Assembly: GCA_964569585.1 (NCBI GenBank)
Contig: CAZMVE010000006.1
Coordinates: 1 to 57,111, forward strand
Length of the DNA stretch: 57,111 nucleotides
Reading direction: 5' to 3'
Source of the DNA: an uncultured Bacteroidales bacterium
GTDB taxonomy: Bacteria > Bacteroidota > Bacteroidia > Bacteroidales > UBA10428
Shown here piece by piece: positions 21,267 to 32,730 of the stretch (within the stretch, counting starts at the first letter, position 1; each line of letters starts with the position of its first letter). Position numbers and translations under genes: made by a program. The notes beneath the pieces are model-generated. The model ran no database searches. It saw only the letters and a program-made list of their open reading frames with translations, and was not told the origin of the DNA.

Positions 21267-22856
21267 CTATTCCAAATCTTTTTGTTTGAGAATGGAAAAT
21301 AATCCTTTAACACTAATCAGATCGAGTAGTAATGCTGTAAATAATCCAAATGTTGTAAGAATTATCATACTTGCCAGCCATTGAATTTTCAAATACCTGA
21401 ATAATAAAGAAATCAGGATTAGTATTGAAATATATCCGGTAAACTTAAGTATGGTCTTGTAATTTGCAGAAAGCTTGAATATCCTTTTTGCAAGCACTAT
21501 ATGAATTATGATTGTAAAAAATTGAACTGTAGCATTGGCTATAGCTGCGCCATATACTTTGTAAGTTGGTATTAGTATTAAATTTAAAGTAATACTCAGT
21601 ATCACGGCACAAGCAGCCATATAATTCAACTGTTTAAGATTTCCGTTAGCAGTTAGCAGGGCCCCAAAGGTATAGCACACACACATTCCTATGTAGCTCA
21701 GACTAAGAAAGGCATATATATCGCTAGATATTGTTGAATGTTCGTGATACAGAAGATCGAATATTTCCCGGCGATAAAAGATTGAGGGAATAATGCCAGC
21801 CAGTGAAGGTACTATGAGTAATAGAAAAGAAAGCTGCAACAGCCCATCGATACGTTGATTCTGACGAATGTGATGCGAAAAAATAGGGAGAAGCAATAAG
21901 GGGAATAACAGTGCGTAGTTCGACATGAAATCCAGGATACGAAAGGCATGAGCAAAAATACCTGCCTGGAGGTCGCCATCGGGTAATAAAATTCGGAGAA
22001 GTACCGAGTCGATCCGGTAGTAAACAGCCATCAATAAAACAAGCAGTGCATAGGGTTTGAGTTTTTGAATAATGGGAATAAGTTGCTTTATATTGATAGT
22101 AAAGCGGAACGATACGGTTTTCCCCAGTACCAGAAAAAAACTGGCTGTAAGTGTTACTGCATAAGCTAATGTCTGTGCCAGCACAAACCACATGATATGA
22201 AAGTTCTGGGAAGTAAGGGGATTAATTAAAAGATACCCCACAATTAGGATCATTATCAGGCGATCGAGGATGGAAATGATCCCCTCGGTTTTGAAAAATT
22301 GTAAACCACCAAGATTTGCCCTCATGGAAAGAATAAAGGAGGCCATGAACTGATTAAGTAGTATTATGAGGAGTAATGGAATTTCCTGTGGGCGGATATT
22401 CATAATAAGCGCAACCACAAAACAAATCAGCGCATAGGGTAGGGCAAGAATTAATTTCAGAATTACAATATTTGACAAATAACGGCTTATCAAAGCCGGA
22501 TATTGGGCTATCTCTCTTCTGATGAAATTTTCAATACCCAGATCCAGGATAATTTGAAAAATCAGGGCTGTATTAAAAAGTGAAAAGTAACTGCCATAAA
22601 TTTCGGCACCTACATTATTTTGAACAACCCGATCGATACCAAATACATATATTGGTTTAATAATGACATTCAGAAAAACTAAAAATCCGAGATTTGTAAT
22701 AAATTTCCTTTTCAATGTAATGCGATTATCAATGCAAAGGTAAAAAGATATGAATATGATAATAAACGGGGTGATTATTAATTGAAAATTGTTCAGATGG
22801 TTTAATTTTTTTATATTCACGTTCCCGCTATCAACGTGAAGGGCATTAATAATCAA
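21267..22856 (-). CDS. Polysaccharide/oligosaccharide flippase (MOP/Wzx superfamily) membrane protein
   Basis: About 14 predicted hydrophobic helices and a composition typical of Wzx-type flippases. The exact start is uncertain. Confidence 0.7.
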   Translation of the reverse strand: MIINALHVDSGNVNIKKLNHLNNFQLIITPFIIIFISFYLCIDNRITLKRKFITNLGFLVFLNVIIKPIYVFGIDRVVQNNVGAEIYGSYFSLFNTALIFQIILDLGIENFIRREIAQYPALISRYLSNIVILKLILALPYALICFVVALIMNIRPQEIPLLLIILLNQFMASFILSMRANLGGLQFFKTEGIISILDRLIMILIVGYLLINPLTSQNFHIMWFVLAQTLAYAVTLTASFFLVLGKTVSFRFTINIKQLIPIIQKLKPYALLVLLMAVYYRIDSVLLRILLPDGDLQAGIFAHAFRILDFMSNYALLFPLLLLPIFSHHIRQNQRIDGLLQLSFLLLIVPSLAGIIPSIFYRREIFDLLYHEHSTISSDIYAFLSLSYIGMCVCYTFGALLTANGNLKQLNYMAACAVILSITLNLILIPTYKVYGAAIANATVQFFTIIIHIVLAKRIFKLSANYKTILKFTGYISILILISLLFRYLKIQWLASMIILTTFGLFTALLLDLISVKGLFSILKQKDLE

Positions 22857-22867
22857 TCATTTCATAA

Positions 22868-23479
22868 TTGTTACAACGATTCTTAGAAATTAATGAGCTG
22901 GAGGCAGGGTGCGATGAGGCAGGCAGGGGATGCCTGGCCGGCCCGGTATGTTCGGCAGCAGTTATCATGCCCTCCGATTATCATAACTCCGAACTTAACG
23001 ATTCGAAAAAACTATCATCCAGAGTGCGGGACAAACTTCGAAAGGAGATAGAAAAAGTTGCCATTTCGTATGCTGTTGCATTTATCGATAACCATGTGAT
23101 TGATGAAATCAATATACTTAAGGCTTCAATAATCGGAATGCACCATGCGCTTGATAAGTTAACAGTTCGTCCCCATCATATATTGGTCGACGGAAATAAA
23201 TTTTTCTCCTACGGAGATATTCCCCATTCATGTATTGTCAAAGGCGACAGTAAATTTATTTCGATTGCAGCTGCTTCGGTGCTTGCAAAAACTTGTCGCG
23301 ACGAACTGATGGTGGATTTACACAATCGGCACAGTATTTACGGATGGAATAAGAACAAAGGATATCCGACCCGATATCATAGGGCGGCCATTATGAATTA
23401 TGGGATTACTGACCTCCACAGGCGGTCGTTTCACTTGATCGACACACAGACGGAGCTTGAATTTAAACATGAATACTGA
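22868..23479 (+). CDS. rnhB: Ribonuclease HII
   Basis: AGCDEAGRGCLAGPV catalytic motif, DSKKLS, VDGN, ASVLAK. Confidence 0.9.
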   Translation: MLQRFLEINELEAGCDEAGRGCLAGPVCSAAVIMPSDYHNSELNDSKKLSSRVRDKLRKEIEKVAISYAVAFIDNHVIDEINILKASIIGMHHALDKLTVRPHHILVDGNKFFSYGDIPHSCIVKGDSKFISIAAASVLAKTCRDELMVDLHNRHSIYGWNKNKGYPTRYHRAAIMNYGITDLHRRSFHLIDTQTELEFKHEY

Positions 23480-23513
23480 AAATAATTAGGAACATATATT
23501 AATTGATTGAATT

Positions 23514-25664
23514 ATGAAAAGAGTTATTAGCATTGTTATAAGTTTTGTTTTTACAGCTTCCATTTCCATTAAAGCCGACGAGGGTATGTGGATGCTTTCT
23601 CTGATCGAGAAACTGATAATGACAGATATGCAGGAGCTGGGAATAAAATTGACTGCCGAAGAAATATACAGCATTAATAATTCCAGTATCAAAGATGCAA
23701 TTGTAATTTTCGATAGGGGATGCACAGGAGAAATGGTATCGGGAGATGGTTTATTGTTTACCAACCATCATTGTGGTTTGGACCAGATTCAATATCACAG
23801 TACACTGGAACATGATTATCTTATCGAAGGTTTCTGGGCAAAGTCTCACCAAGAAGAGCTTCCAAATCCGAATATTCAGGTGAGGTTCCTCGACCGGATA
23901 GAGGATGTTTCGGTCAGAATCAATGACGAATTAGCCGATAGTTTGACGGAGGATGAAAGGAGAATGAAGATCCGTGAAATTATTGATGAAATTGAATCTG
24001 AGGTGAACGAGGAAGAATATGAAGCAACGGTTCGTTCATTTTATGCCGGGAACGAATATTATTTGTTTGTATACAAAGTGTTCAAAGATGTGCGCCTGGT
24101 GGGTGCACCCCCATCCTCAATCGGAAAATTCGGATACGACACCGATAACTGGGAATGGCCAAGGCATACCGGAGATTTTAGTATTTTCAGGGTGTATACT
24201 GCACCCGACGGATCTCCTGCTGAATATTCAGCTGATAATGTACCTTTAAAATCCAGGCAATTTCTGTCCATTTCACTGGATGGCTTTCAGAAAGGTGATT
24301 TTACATTTATCCTTGGATATCCGGGAGGTACCGACAGGTATATGTCTTCCTATGGAATAGTTGAAACGATGCAGGTTCAAAATGCAAATCGTATTCGAAT
24401 ACGTGGAGAAAGGCTCGATTTGTTGATGAAGGATATGCTGGTTGATCCCCAAATTAAAATTCAATATGCTACAAAATATTCACGGTCGAGCAATTACTGG
24501 AAATATTCTATTGGTCAGAATAATGGACTCAGAGTTCTTGATGTAATTGATAAAAAACAACAGGAAGAAATGGAATTCCAGCAATGGGCCAATGCTGATT
24601 CAGCTCGTTCAGCAAAATACGGGAACATTTTATCAGAAATGGAACAAATTTATGCCAGCAAAAGAGAGGCTGAAATGAATTTCAATGCTATAACAGAAGC
24701 GTTTTTTATAGCTTCTGAGATTATAGGTTATATCGCCGACTTTAATTATTTATATAAACTTATGAGAACAGAAGATTCCGATCCAGAAGAAATTCAGGAA
24801 GAGATTCTGTTATTAAAAGAGGAAGCAGAAGACTTTTACAAGGATTATAATTTGCCTACTGATATCCGGGTGACAAAAGCTATGTTTGTGCTTTACAGGA
24901 ATTTAATTAAGCCTGAAAGATATCCGGAAATATACTCTGAGATAGATAAAAAATACAAAGGCAGTATTGATAAATTTGTCGATCATCTGATTACTCATAC
25001 AATGTTTACGAATAAAGAAGAAATATTGGCTTTTCTTGACAATCCTTCAATAAAGATTCTTGAAAAAGACAGAGGTTTTAAGGCAACACGAAGTATTTTT
25101 ATGAAATACTTTGAAGAGTATACGGAGCTTGATGGATTTGATTTGAAACTTGAAAAGTTAGAAAGGTTTTATATTCAGGGCAGAATGGAAATGTATCCGG
25201 AGAAGTATAAATATCCCGATGCTAATTTTACAATGCGTCTGACCTATGGCACTGTAGAAAATTATTCTCCGCGCGACGCTGTTCATTATGATGAAATTAC
25301 TTTATTGAAAGGAGTCATGGAGAAGGAAGACTCTTCAAATTTTGAATTCGTTGTCCCTGATTATTTAAAGGAATTATATGAAAAGAAAGATTATGGTCCC
25401 TATGGAGTTAACGGACAGATGCCGGTATGTTTTATAACTAATAACGATATTACAGGAGGAAATTCTGGAAGCCCCGTATTAAATGCACGAGGCGAATTAA
25501 TAGGACTTGCTTTCGATGGAAACTGGGAGGCTATGAGCGGTGATATTGCCTATGAACCGGATTTACAGCGCTGTATCTGTGTCGATATCAGATATGTATT
25601 GTTTGTAATCGATAAGTATGCAAGAGCCACTAACCTCATCGATGAATTGAAAATTGTGAACTGA
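23514..25664 (+). CDS. S46-family serine peptidase (dipeptidyl-peptidase 7/11-like)
   Basis: Signal peptide followed by ADEGMWM. Catalytic-triad contexts are TNHHCG, the Asp region and GGNSGSPVLN. Size is 716 aa. Confidence 0.85.
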   Translation: MKRVISIVISFVFTASISIKADEGMWMLSLIEKLIMTDMQELGIKLTAEEIYSINNSSIKDAIVIFDRGCTGEMVSGDGLLFTNHHCGLDQIQYHSTLEHDYLIEGFWAKSHQEELPNPNIQVRFLDRIEDVSVRINDELADSLTEDERRMKIREIIDEIESEVNEEEYEATVRSFYAGNEYYLFVYKVFKDVRLVGAPPSSIGKFGYDTDNWEWPRHTGDFSIFRVYTAPDGSPAEYSADNVPLKSRQFLSISLDGFQKGDFTFILGYPGGTDRYMSSYGIVETMQVQNANRIRIRGERLDLLMKDMLVDPQIKIQYATKYSRSSNYWKYSIGQNNGLRVLDVIDKKQQEEMEFQQWANADSARSAKYGNILSEMEQIYASKREAEMNFNAITEAFFIASEIIGYIADFNYLYKLMRTEDSDPEEIQEEILLLKEEAEDFYKDYNLPTDIRVTKAMFVLYRNLIKPERYPEIYSEIDKKYKGSIDKFVDHLITHTMFTNKEEILAFLDNPSIKILEKDRGFKATRSIFMKYFEEYTELDGFDLKLEKLERFYIQGRMEMYPEKYKYPDANFTMRLTYGTVENYSPRDAVHYDEITLLKGVMEKEDSSNFEFVVPDYLKELYEKKDYGPYGVNGQMPVCFITNNDITGGNSGSPVLNARGELIGLAFDGNWEAMSGDIAYEPDLQRCICVDIRYVLFVIDKYARATNLIDELKIVN

Positions 25665-25677
25665 AACAGGAATAGCC

Positions 25678-26262
25678 ATGCAGCTTAATTTTCTTGATAT
25701 TATTACGGTTTTCATGGTTCTCTTTGCAGTAATCGACATTACGGGTTCAATTCCCATTATTCTGGAATTGAGAAAGAAAACGGGAGAAATTTTACCTCTG
25801 CGCACAACGCTGGTTGCATTTGTATTAATGTTGCTCTTTCTCTTTCTTGGAGAGCCCTTACTGAATCTCTTCGGTGTCGATCTTTCATCATTTGCTATAG
25901 CAGGGGCATTGATATTATTTTTTATCGGATGGGAACTTGTATTGGGGATAGAAATTTTCCATTATGAAAAAACCAAAGGAGCAGCAATTGTTCCGGTAGC
26001 TTTCCCTCTTATTGCCGGGGCAGGTTCAATGACTACTCTTATTTCTCTTAAAACTGAATATGGTATCTGGGATATTCTGGTTGCCCTAACTCTCAATATG
26101 GTATTTGTTTTCTTTGTGTTACGGGCAACTAATTTCTTTGAACGCATTCTTGGTGAAGCCGGAATCCAGATTCTTAAAAAAGCTTTTGGGATTATTCTTC
26201 TTGCCATCGCAATTCGCCTGTTCCTATCAAATACAGGAATAAAACTCCCCGGTGGTGCATGA
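25678..26262 (+). CDS. MarC/NAAT-family (UPF0056) integral membrane protein
   Basis: A 194-aa protein with six hydrophobic segments. It has the N-terminal FAVIDITGSIPI and FPLIAGAGSMTT motifs typical of MarC. Confidence 0.8.
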   Translation: MQLNFLDIITVFMVLFAVIDITGSIPIILELRKKTGEILPLRTTLVAFVLMLLFLFLGEPLLNLFGVDLSSFAIAGALILFFIGWELVLGIEIFHYEKTKGAAIVPVAFPLIAGAGSMTTLISLKTEYGIWDILVALTLNMVFVFFVLRATNFFERILGEAGIQILKKAFGIILLAIAIRLFLSNTGIKLPGGA

Positions 26263-26731
26263 AATTACAGTATATACCGATGGAGCTGCGAGTGGAAATC
26301 CCGGTCCAGGAGGATATGGTATTGTATTACAATCGGGTAAACACTACAAAGAAATTTCCCGGGGATATAAGCTTACAACAAACAATCGTATGGAATTGCT
26401 GGCAGTAATTATTGCCCTTGAAGCAATTAAAGTTAAAGGCAGTAAAGTGAATATATATACAGATTCCCGCTACGTTTGTGATGCAGTAGAGAAAGGATGG
26501 CTGATGGATTGGGAAAAGAAAAACTTTAATAAGAAGAAAAACGTTGACTTGTGGAAACGGTTTCTGATAGTTTTTCGTATACATAACGTGAAGTTCCACT
26601 GGGTCAAAGGACACACAAATATTCCGGAGAACGAGCGCTGTGACAAACTTGCTGTTCAGGCATCTCAGCAAAGAGACTTACTTATAGATGAGGAATACGA
26701 GAAAGAGAGTGATCAGGGGGCAATGTGGTGA
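26252..26731 (+). CDS. rnhA: Ribonuclease HI
   Basis: TDGAASGNPGPGGYG, NNRMEL, IYTDSRY, HWVKGHTNIPENERCDKLA. The GTG start overlaps the end of the MarC gene. Confidence 0.9.
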   Translation: MVHEITVYTDGAASGNPGPGGYGIVLQSGKHYKEISRGYKLTTNNRMELLAVIIALEAIKVKGSKVNIYTDSRYVCDAVEKGWLMDWEKKNFNKKKNVDLWKRFLIVFRIHNVKFHWVKGHTNIPENERCDKLAVQASQQRDLLIDEEYEKESDQGAMW

Positions 26732-26776
26732 TAAACAAATAATTATATATCTTCACTTGATGTTATTATAACAGGA

Positions 26777-27304
26777 ATGCTAAACAAATCCTGCAAAGAT
26801 ATTATTCTATATTTTAAAGGTTCTATTAGTTATGATACTATTGGTGAACTGATTGTTTCCCTGAAAGATAAAATGAGGGAGAAATGTGCACAATATGGGA
26901 ATTATAAGAGACTTCTTACTCTGATGATTGAATCCTTGGAAAACATAGTCCGGTATACTAATAGTCTTCATGTTAATGATAAACTTATAAAGAAATACCC
27001 GGCTGAGTTCATGATCTGTAATGATAAAAAAACTTACACAATTGAAACAGCGAACATCATTCAAAACTCTGATATTGCACTCCTGGAAGAAAAATTCAAA
27101 ATGTTAAGAAAAATGAACCCGGAGGAAATTAAAGAACTTTATAAAATTACTATTACCAACGGAAAGTTTTCGGATAAAGGCGGAGCTGGGTTAGGATTAA
27201 TAGAAATGGCAAAAATAGCAGATGAAAAAATAAAGATTGAATTTTCGGCAGTTGATGAAAATTTCTCTTATTTTATCCTGCGACTAATGATTAAACAAGC
27301 ATAA
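26777..27304 (+). CDS. Histidine-kinase-like ATPase fold protein (SiaB-like / anti-sigma-type serine kinase family)
   Basis: A 175-aa protein with the G-box-like GGAGLGLIEMAK near the C terminus. The family assignment is tentative. Confidence 0.45.
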   Translation: MLNKSCKDIILYFKGSISYDTIGELIVSLKDKMREKCAQYGNYKRLLTLMIESLENIVRYTNSLHVNDKLIKKYPAEFMICNDKKTYTIETANIIQNSDIALLEEKFKMLRKMNPEEIKELYKITITNGKFSDKGGAGLGLIEMAKIADEKIKIEFSAVDENFSYFILRLMIKQA

Positions 27305-27466
27305 TTGAATATCAGGTAAATAGGAATGACGAACAGTATACGTCTTCGTGCAGATTATTGTCCAATATCGCACATTTCATTTTGCTATGCATAATTCTAA
27401 ATCATTGATATAATGATATTTAAATAATGCGGTTCGATAATTGTATTTTTCTCTCAATACACTAGT

Positions 27467-29887
27467 ATGATCAGGAATTTTGTTATTATAACGCTTCGCA
27501 GCATAGCAACTCACAAAGTCTATACTTTTATAAATATTCTGGGTTTGGCAGTTGGCATGGCATGTGCACTCATGATCTCAATTTATGTTCTTCATGAAAC
27601 CAGCTTTGATAATTTTCATCGCGATGCCGATCAGATATACCGTGTTAGTGTTAGTGGAAGACTCAGGGGACAACCCCTTAATATTGCATTAACTTCTGCC
27701 CCAATGGCACAGGCATTACAAGAGGAATATCCTTCAGTAGAATCTGCTCTTCGGGTAGCAAAATTTGGAGCCTGGCTGGTTTCATACGATGATATACGGT
27801 ACAATGAAGATAACTTCCTGTTTGCCGATTCAAACTTCTTTAGTTTTTTTTCATTTAACCTTATAAAAGGTGATCCCGATAGTGTACTCAGCAAACCCAG
27901 AAGCCTAGTGCTTACACGTTCAACTGCCATTAAATATTTCGGCAGTGAAAATGTGATAGGGAAAAAATTAATGATTGAGACTTTTGATGATCCTTTCACT
28001 GTAACCGGACTGATGGATGATGTTAAGTCCAATTCTCATTTTCATTTTGATATGATAGGATCCTTAGTCACTCTGAATAAATATTTACGGCCGGTATGGG
28101 TAAGTCATAGTGTATATACCTATATAAAAACAGTACTAGGTACAAAAGCAAGTTCTCTCGAAGGGGAGATTGATGCTTTAATTGAAAAGAATGTTATTCC
28201 GGAGGTTGAGAAATTTCTGAATATATCCATTCAGGATTTTCTTGATGGCTCAAATGAACTTCATTATAAACTTCAGCCTTTAAAAAAGATACATCTCAAT
28301 TCCGATCTGGATGTTGAACTCGAAGCAAATGGCAATGGATTATACGTTTATGCATTCGGGATTCTGGCATTATTAATCATTTTTATTGCCTGTATGAATT
28401 TTGTTAATCTCTCCACAGCTAACTCTTCAAACAGGGCCAGAGAAGTAGTATTAAGAAAAATTGTGGGTAGTGAAAGAAGAATGCTGGTTTTCCAGTTTCT
28501 TACCGAATCGGTTCTGTTCAGCTTCTTTGCTTTGATCCTGGCATTATTAATAACAGAAATTGCCATGCCATATTTCAATAGTTATCTTTCTATCGATATG
28601 AAATTTACCATGCTCAATAATTTTTCTGCTATTAGTGCTATTGTGTTAATTACATTGTTATTAGGGCTTTTGGCGGGAAGTTATCCTGCATTCTTTATTT
28701 CATCGTACGAACCCGTGAAAGTGTTGCATGGCGTATTAAATAAAGGAATAAGAAGCCGAAAAGTGAGATCAATCTTTGTTGTTATTCAATTTTTTATTTC
28801 AATACTTATAATTATAATGACCATTGTAGTGGTTGCACAAGTTGAATTTATGCTAAATAAAGAGTTGGGCTTTGAGAAGGAAAGAATACTGGTTATCCGC
28901 AGATCGGATGCTTTAAAGGATAGGATTGATGAATTCAAGGCAGAAATTCTCAGGTATCCTAATATAGAGTCAGTAACTAATTCAAATTCAATACCCGGAA
29001 GAGATTTTCTTGCATCGACTTATGTTTATGAGATCGATTCAGTACGAAAAAATGTCTTTATGAATCAGATATTTGTCAACTATGATTTCAGTGAAGCTTT
29101 CGGCCTTACCCTTGCCGATGGCAGATTTTTCTCACCTTCGGTTTTGTCCGATTCATTGGCATGTGTAATTAATGAAACTGCTGCCCGGGAGATAAAATCA
29201 GGAAGTGTCATTGGCACTTATCTTGAGGCTCCTGCAATTAAGCATGAAGGCAATAGGTTAAAAATCATTGGTGTGGTAAGGGATTTTCATTTTGAATCGG
29301 TTGATAAACCCATTGAACCACTGATTATTTCTTTGATGCCTGGGAATTGGGAAGGATATTTGGACGTAAGATTAAGTAGCAAGGGAGTGGACAGGTCCAT
29401 TAAATATCTTGAGGAAACATGGCAGAAATACACTTCCGAATATCCCTTCTTGTATTTCTTTCTGGAAAAAGATTTCGATCAGAACTATCGTTCGGTGGTA
29501 CGCACCAGCCGGGTTCTCGTACTTTTTGCCCTTTTGTCGGTCTTTGTGGCCCTCCTTGGATTATTTGGTCTGATTCTCTTTACAACAAATCAAAGGATAC
29601 ATGAAATTGGAATCCGGAAAGCTTCCGGGGCAACCTATTATCAGATTATAATGCTGTTGGTAAAAGAAACTGTTCTGCTGATTCTATATGCCTCGGCAGC
29701 CGCATGGATTGTGGCTTATCTTATTATGCAATTCTGGCTGAAGGATTTCTACTCACGAATTACCCTTTCACCAAAATATTTCCTTTATTCGTCTGCTATC
29801 GTTCTGCTATTATCATTAGCGGTGGTGTTATATCAGTGTTCCCATGCTGCAAAGAGCGATCCCGCCGAAGCGCTGAAAGCAGACTAA
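27467..29887 (+). CDS. FtsX/MacB-type ABC transporter permease (duplicated FtsX domain)
   Basis: An 806-aa protein with an N-terminal TM helix and a large periplasmic domain. Two FtsX-like four-helix blocks are present (NLSTANSSNRAREVVLRKIVGS..., TNQRIHEIGIRKASGAT...). Confidence 0.85.
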   Translation: MIRNFVIITLRSIATHKVYTFINILGLAVGMACALMISIYVLHETSFDNFHRDADQIYRVSVSGRLRGQPLNIALTSAPMAQALQEEYPSVESALRVAKFGAWLVSYDDIRYNEDNFLFADSNFFSFFSFNLIKGDPDSVLSKPRSLVLTRSTAIKYFGSENVIGKKLMIETFDDPFTVTGLMDDVKSNSHFHFDMIGSLVTLNKYLRPVWVSHSVYTYIKTVLGTKASSLEGEIDALIEKNVIPEVEKFLNISIQDFLDGSNELHYKLQPLKKIHLNSDLDVELEANGNGLYVYAFGILALLIIFIACMNFVNLSTANSSNRAREVVLRKIVGSERRMLVFQFLTESVLFSFFALILALLITEIAMPYFNSYLSIDMKFTMLNNFSAISAIVLITLLLGLLAGSYPAFFISSYEPVKVLHGVLNKGIRSRKVRSIFVVIQFFISILIIIMTIVVVAQVEFMLNKELGFEKERILVIRRSDALKDRIDEFKAEILRYPNIESVTNSNSIPGRDFLASTYVYEIDSVRKNVFMNQIFVNYDFSEAFGLTLADGRFFSPSVLSDSLACVINETAAREIKSGSVIGTYLEAPAIKHEGNRLKIIGVVRDFHFESVDKPIEPLIISLMPGNWEGYLDVRLSSKGVDRSIKYLEETWQKYTSEYPFLYFFLEKDFDQNYRSVVRTSRVLVLFALLSVFVALLGLFGLILFTTNQRIHEIGIRKASGATYYQIIMLLVKETVLLILYASAAAWIVAYLIMQFWLKDFYSRITLSPKYFLYSSAIVLLLSLAVVLYQCSHAAKSDPAEALKAD

Positions 29888-29981
29888 AATGAATCCGGTA
29901 TATTCGTTAGCTCGATCCTGATCATCCCATTACTTTTTTTTTAATTTCAGCTTTATATCCTATCGGATTAAAAAATAATCT

Positions 29982-30018
29982 AAAAAAAGAGGTTACTTTT
30001 TTGAAATAACCTCTTTTT
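29982..30018. terminator. Bidirectional rho-independent terminator between convergent genes
   Basis: AGAGGTTA (29988-29995) pairs with TAACCTCT (30007-30014). It is flanked by an A-run and a T-run. Confidence 0.6.
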
Positions 30019-30037
30019 AAAAATTCGTGGTTAATTA

Positions 30038-31660
30038 TTACCAGAAAACAGTATATAATATTGCAAGGATTATCAATATGATATAGGCACTAATATTAAA
30101 TGTCCTGCCAGTAATAAAGGTTTCTTTCAGCAATGGAATAGCTTTTGGATTATCGTCGCCTTGTCCGGATCCCAGACTAACGCCAATTATCACTACAATA
30201 GTTATGATACAGGTGTACAACATCTGATCGAGGAAGGGCATATCAATAGGCAAAAGCTTAAGCAGCAGGGCAACCGGAATTGAGGCCAGAACACCTACAA
30301 TGGCTCCTTTTGTATTGGTTTTCTTCCAGAACAGTCCCATCATAAAAACTGCAAGGATACCCGGACTTACAAGCCCTGTATATTCCTGGATATATTGAAA
30401 CATTTGTTCAATAGAGCCCATTGTTGGTGCTACTACACATGCTATTACCAATGCTACTAATACTGCTATGCGCCCTACATTTACCAATTGTTTATTGGTA
30501 GCCTTTTTTGCAATATAAGGTTTATAAATATCCATGGTAAATATTGTAGCTGTTGAATTTAGCATTGATGCCAATGAGGATACTATGGCAGCAGCAAGAG
30601 CAGCTACAACAAGCCCTTTTAATCCAACAGGTATAAATCTGCCGATTAACCAGGGATAAGCATGATCGTTATTGGCACCTGCAATTCCTGAGAATACAGA
30701 ACCAGCACCTTCAGTATCCTGTGTGAACATTACAAAGGCTATGATTCCTGGGATAACAACAATAAGAGGTATAATTAACTTCAGGAAAGCTGCAAAAGCC
30801 AGACCGCGTTGCGCTTCACGAAGCGATTTTGCAGCCAGTGCCCGCTGTATTATATATTGATTGAATCCCCAGTAGTATAAGTTGGCAATCCACATACCTC
30901 CAATAAGCACTGCAATACCTGGCAGGTTTGTAAACTGTGGATTATCACTTTTCAGGATCATATGAAATTTTTCGCCGGCTACATTATAGATATGCGACAA
31001 CCCGTTTCCAATACCACCTTCAGGAGTAACATGGTGTAAAGCAATAATGGTGGTTATAATTCCACCGATTACCAGTAGTATCACTTGAATAACATCGGTC
31101 CAGGCTACTGCCGACAGACCACCCCATAGCGAATAGGCCGCAGCAAAAAATGCCAATCCTGCGATAAACCAGATTATCATGTTCCCCGATCCATTCCCCA
31201 TAATAGTATCAAGTGCTTTTGCACCTAAAAACAATACCGAGGTGAGGTTTACGAAAATGAATAACGCTATCCAGAAAACGGCCAATATGGTTTTTAAATT
31301 GGTGTTAAACCGTTTTTCAATGAACTCAGGAATTGTATAAAGTCCTTGTTTGATGAAAATAGGCAGAAAATATTTGGCAACAATTATTAAGGTGATTGCG
31401 GCCATCCATTCGTAGGAAGCTATGGCAAGACCTACTTTAAAACCCGATCCGGACATGCCAATAATTTGTTCGGCCGAAATATTGGCAGCAATCAGTGAGG
31501 CTCCAATGGCCCACCAGGGTAAGGATTTACCTGCCAGAAAATAATCTTCGGTGGTTTTTTCCTTTCCTTTCTTTGTTCGTGAAACCCATAAACCTACAGT
31601 CACAATAACGAGAGCGTAGATTCCGAAGATGAGATAATCAGGAAATTGAAATTGGCCCAT
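30038..31660 (-). CDS. Sodium:solute symporter (SSF/SGLT family), likely Na+/galactose-glucose transporter
   Basis: A 540-aa polytopic protein with LAGKSLPWWAIGASLIAANISAEQ and WTDVIQ motifs. It sits in an operon with galT and galK. Confidence 0.85.
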   Translation of the reverse strand: MGQFQFPDYLIFGIYALVIVTVGLWVSRTKKGKEKTTEDYFLAGKSLPWWAIGASLIAANISAEQIIGMSGSGFKVGLAIASYEWMAAITLIIVAKYFLPIFIKQGLYTIPEFIEKRFNTNLKTILAVFWIALFIFVNLTSVLFLGAKALDTIMGNGSGNMIIWFIAGLAFFAAAYSLWGGLSAVAWTDVIQVILLVIGGIITTIIALHHVTPEGGIGNGLSHIYNVAGEKFHMILKSDNPQFTNLPGIAVLIGGMWIANLYYWGFNQYIIQRALAAKSLREAQRGLAFAAFLKLIIPLIVVIPGIIAFVMFTQDTEGAGSVFSGIAGANNDHAYPWLIGRFIPVGLKGLVVAALAAAIVSSLASMLNSTATIFTMDIYKPYIAKKATNKQLVNVGRIAVLVALVIACVVAPTMGSIEQMFQYIQEYTGLVSPGILAVFMMGLFWKKTNTKGAIVGVLASIPVALLLKLLPIDMPFLDQMLYTCIITIVVIIGVSLGSGQGDDNPKAIPLLKETFITGRTFNISAYIILIILAILYTVFW

Positions 31661-31671
31661 AGTATTAATTA

Positions 31672-32721
31672 TTAGAGGTTAGTTTTATAATGTTTATCTG
31701 ATTGTTCCTGTAATCTTAAAGCGCTTTGTTCGGCTGTAAAATCCCGTTGTGGATTGGCGAGCATTTCATAACCCACCATGAATTTCTTAACTGTGGCAGA
31801 TCGAAGCAGGGGAGGATAGAAATGCATATGCAAATGCCATTCAGGATGTTTTTTTCCATCGGTCGGCGCCTGGTGAAATCCCATAGAATAAGGAAAAGAT
31901 GTTTGGAAAAGATTATCGTAACGTATGGTAAGTTGCCTATAAATATCAGCCAGATGGTTTTTTTCATCATCTACCAATTCTGCCAGATTGCTAATATTTC
32001 TTCTGCTAATGATCATAGTTTCGAATGGCCATACTGCCCAATAGGGTACCAGGGCTACAAAACTGGTATTGGAACACACGATACGTTCTTTTTTTCTGAG
32101 TTCGGCTTCGAGATAATCGGTCAGTAATGTTCTGCTATGTTCTTCATAATAGGCCGAAAGTTGGGATTGTTCTTTAGCAACTTCGACAGGTATATCGCTC
32201 TGTGCCCAAATCTGACAATGAGGATGAGGATTGCTGCAACCCATCATATTCCCCTTGTTTTCGAAAATCTGGACATGATTAATAAAATCCTTCCTGCTTA
32301 AGTCGACATACTCGTCGATCCACAATTCAACCACATTCCTGATATCGCTTATTTCCATTAAGGGAACAGTTACATTGTGCTTTGGAGAGAAGCATATCAC
32401 CCTGCAGATTCCCGGTTCCGATTTGGCAACAAACAGGTCGTTCTCATTAATTCTGCCCTCAGGCGTATCAGGCAACAAACTACTGAAATCGTTAGTGAAA
32501 ACAAAAGTATCGGTATAGTCTGGATTCTGGGCTCCGGCAGCTCTTGTATTTCCGGGGCACAGATAACAGGAAGGTTCGTATTCAGGCAAACTAACTACTT
32601 CTGCCGTTTCAACCTGACCTTGCCAGGGTCGCCTGGCGCGATGCGGTGAAACCAGTATCCATTCACCTGTGAGGGGATTGTACCTTCGATGAGGATGATC
32701 TTTAGGATTGAAACCTGCCAT
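31672..32721 (-). CDS. galT: Galactose-1-phosphate uridylyltransferase
   Basis: [23 protein letters not shown] zinc site, and the active-site [11 protein letters not shown] (HPH motif). Confidence 0.92.
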   Translation of the reverse strand: MAGFNPKDHPHRRYNPLTGEWILVSPHRARRPWQGQVETAEVVSLPEYEPSCYLCPGNTRAAGAQNPDYTDTFVFTNDFSSLLPDTPEGRINENDLFVAKSEPGICRVICFSPKHNVTVPLMEISDIRNVVELWIDEYVDLSRKDFINHVQIFENKGNMMGCSNPHPHCQIWAQSDIPVEVAKEQSQLSAYYEEHSRTLLTDYLEAELRKKERIVCSNTSFVALVPYWAVWPFETMIISRRNISNLAELVDDEKNHLADIYRQLTIRYDNLFQTSFPYSMGFHQAPTDGKKHPEWHLHMHFYPPLLRSATVKKFMVGYEMLANPQRDFTAEQSALRLQEQSDKHYKTNL

Positions 32722-32730
32722 GTTCAGACA